Of a stretch of 64,000 nucleotides of DNA, positions 63,615 to 64,000 are shown piece after piece. The translations under genes and the position numbers were made by a program. A model generated the notes under the pieces. That model was not told the DNA's origin. It did no database searches and saw only the letters and a program-made list of their open reading frames with translations. Numbering within the stretch: the stretch's first letter is position 1; each line of letters starts with the position of its first letter. The stretch lies in the IMG/VR virus record IMGVR_UViG_3300047509_000270, positions 6,899 through 70,898 of that record. The stretch is one strand, 5' to 3'. Source of the stretch: a virus.

Positions 63615-64000
63615 CCGCGTAGTCCTTTCGTGGCTGGAACGACGAACCCGTCCATGCACCAATCGACCGTGTACACGGAGAGTTCCTTGTGGGCCGTCTC
63701 TGAGATCGACCGGAGCCACGTATCGTTCTTCAGGATCCCGCGCAGGTTCTCGACGAAGAAACCGAACATCTCCGGATCTGCGGCTGGAATCTCGACGTAG
63801 TGCCGACCGGCAACCGCGGGCCACGCGTCCCGCGGTTCCGTGACAAGTGTCGCCGAGGAGGCGATCCCCTGCCATAGGCGCATCCCCGGAAAGCTAGGCT
63901 CGTCGGAGTGTCCGATGTACAGGTCGATCGACGTCCGGTCGAGCTCCGCCTTGCGGTTCAGACCAAACGAGTGGATCCAGGCGAGGCCGGGGAAAGCCTT
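63611..64000 (-). CDS. Glycosyltransferase-like C-terminus (partial)
   Basis: Frame open to the window end; MRLWQGIAS..LVTE..GRHYV..LR..ISE.A resembles the GT-B/CgeB-type C-terminus. Confidence 0.55.
   Translation of the reverse strand, partial: KAFPGLAWIHSFGLNRKAELDRTSIDLYIGHSDEPSFPGMRLWQGIASSATLVTEPRDAWPAVAGRHYVEIPAADPEMFGFFVENLRGILKNDTWLRSISETAHKELSVYTVDWCMDGFVVPATKGLRG

Larger units (their letters stand above)
1..64000. mobile_element. Large prokaryotic dsDNA virus or provirus, probably tailless and membrane-containing; extends beyond both window ends
   Basis: Phage-type replication genes, a co-oriented virion module, dense small hypothetical ORFs, homing endonucleases and a tyrosine recombinase; no housekeeping genes; no terminase, portal or tail genes recognised. 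Confidence 0.85.

Overview
The whole window reads as part of one large, high-GC prokaryotic virus genome (free or proviral). I see no host housekeeping genes, rRNA, tRNA or CRISPR array. Left (- strand, 1-12.7 kb): glycosyltransferases, an iteron-rich origin candidate, a primase-polymerase/SF3 helicase, an SSB-like gene, a Sak4-like ATPase, an HNH endonuclease and a DinG helicase. Middle (+ strand, 13-38 kb): a virion module with no terminase, portal, HK97 capsid or tail genes. It has beta-rich jelly-roll-like capsid candidates, a transglutaminase-like Cys-His-Asp protein, an Arg-rich core-like protein, a polyprotein-like ORF punctuated by 13 Asn-Pro motifs, spike-like proteins and many tail-anchored membrane proteins, which suggests a tailless, membrane-containing (varidnavirus-like) virus. 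Right (39-64 kb): accessory genes, homing endonucleases, a HerA-like ATPase, a Gp88-like protein, a diverged second copy of the capsid candidate, an atypical tyrosine recombinase and a second glyco-modification cluster. The most striking unexplained signals are (1) two divergent arrays of small genes separated by a 22-bp TAATCTT-N8-AAGATWA palindrome whose 8-bp cores match in nested inverted pairs (integron/shufflon-like), (2) the NP and G-[LM]-[GS] motif system in virion proteins, and (3) a repeated RNA element that competes with a terminator around a Com-like gene. All product calls come from motif recognition by eye; no database search was run.
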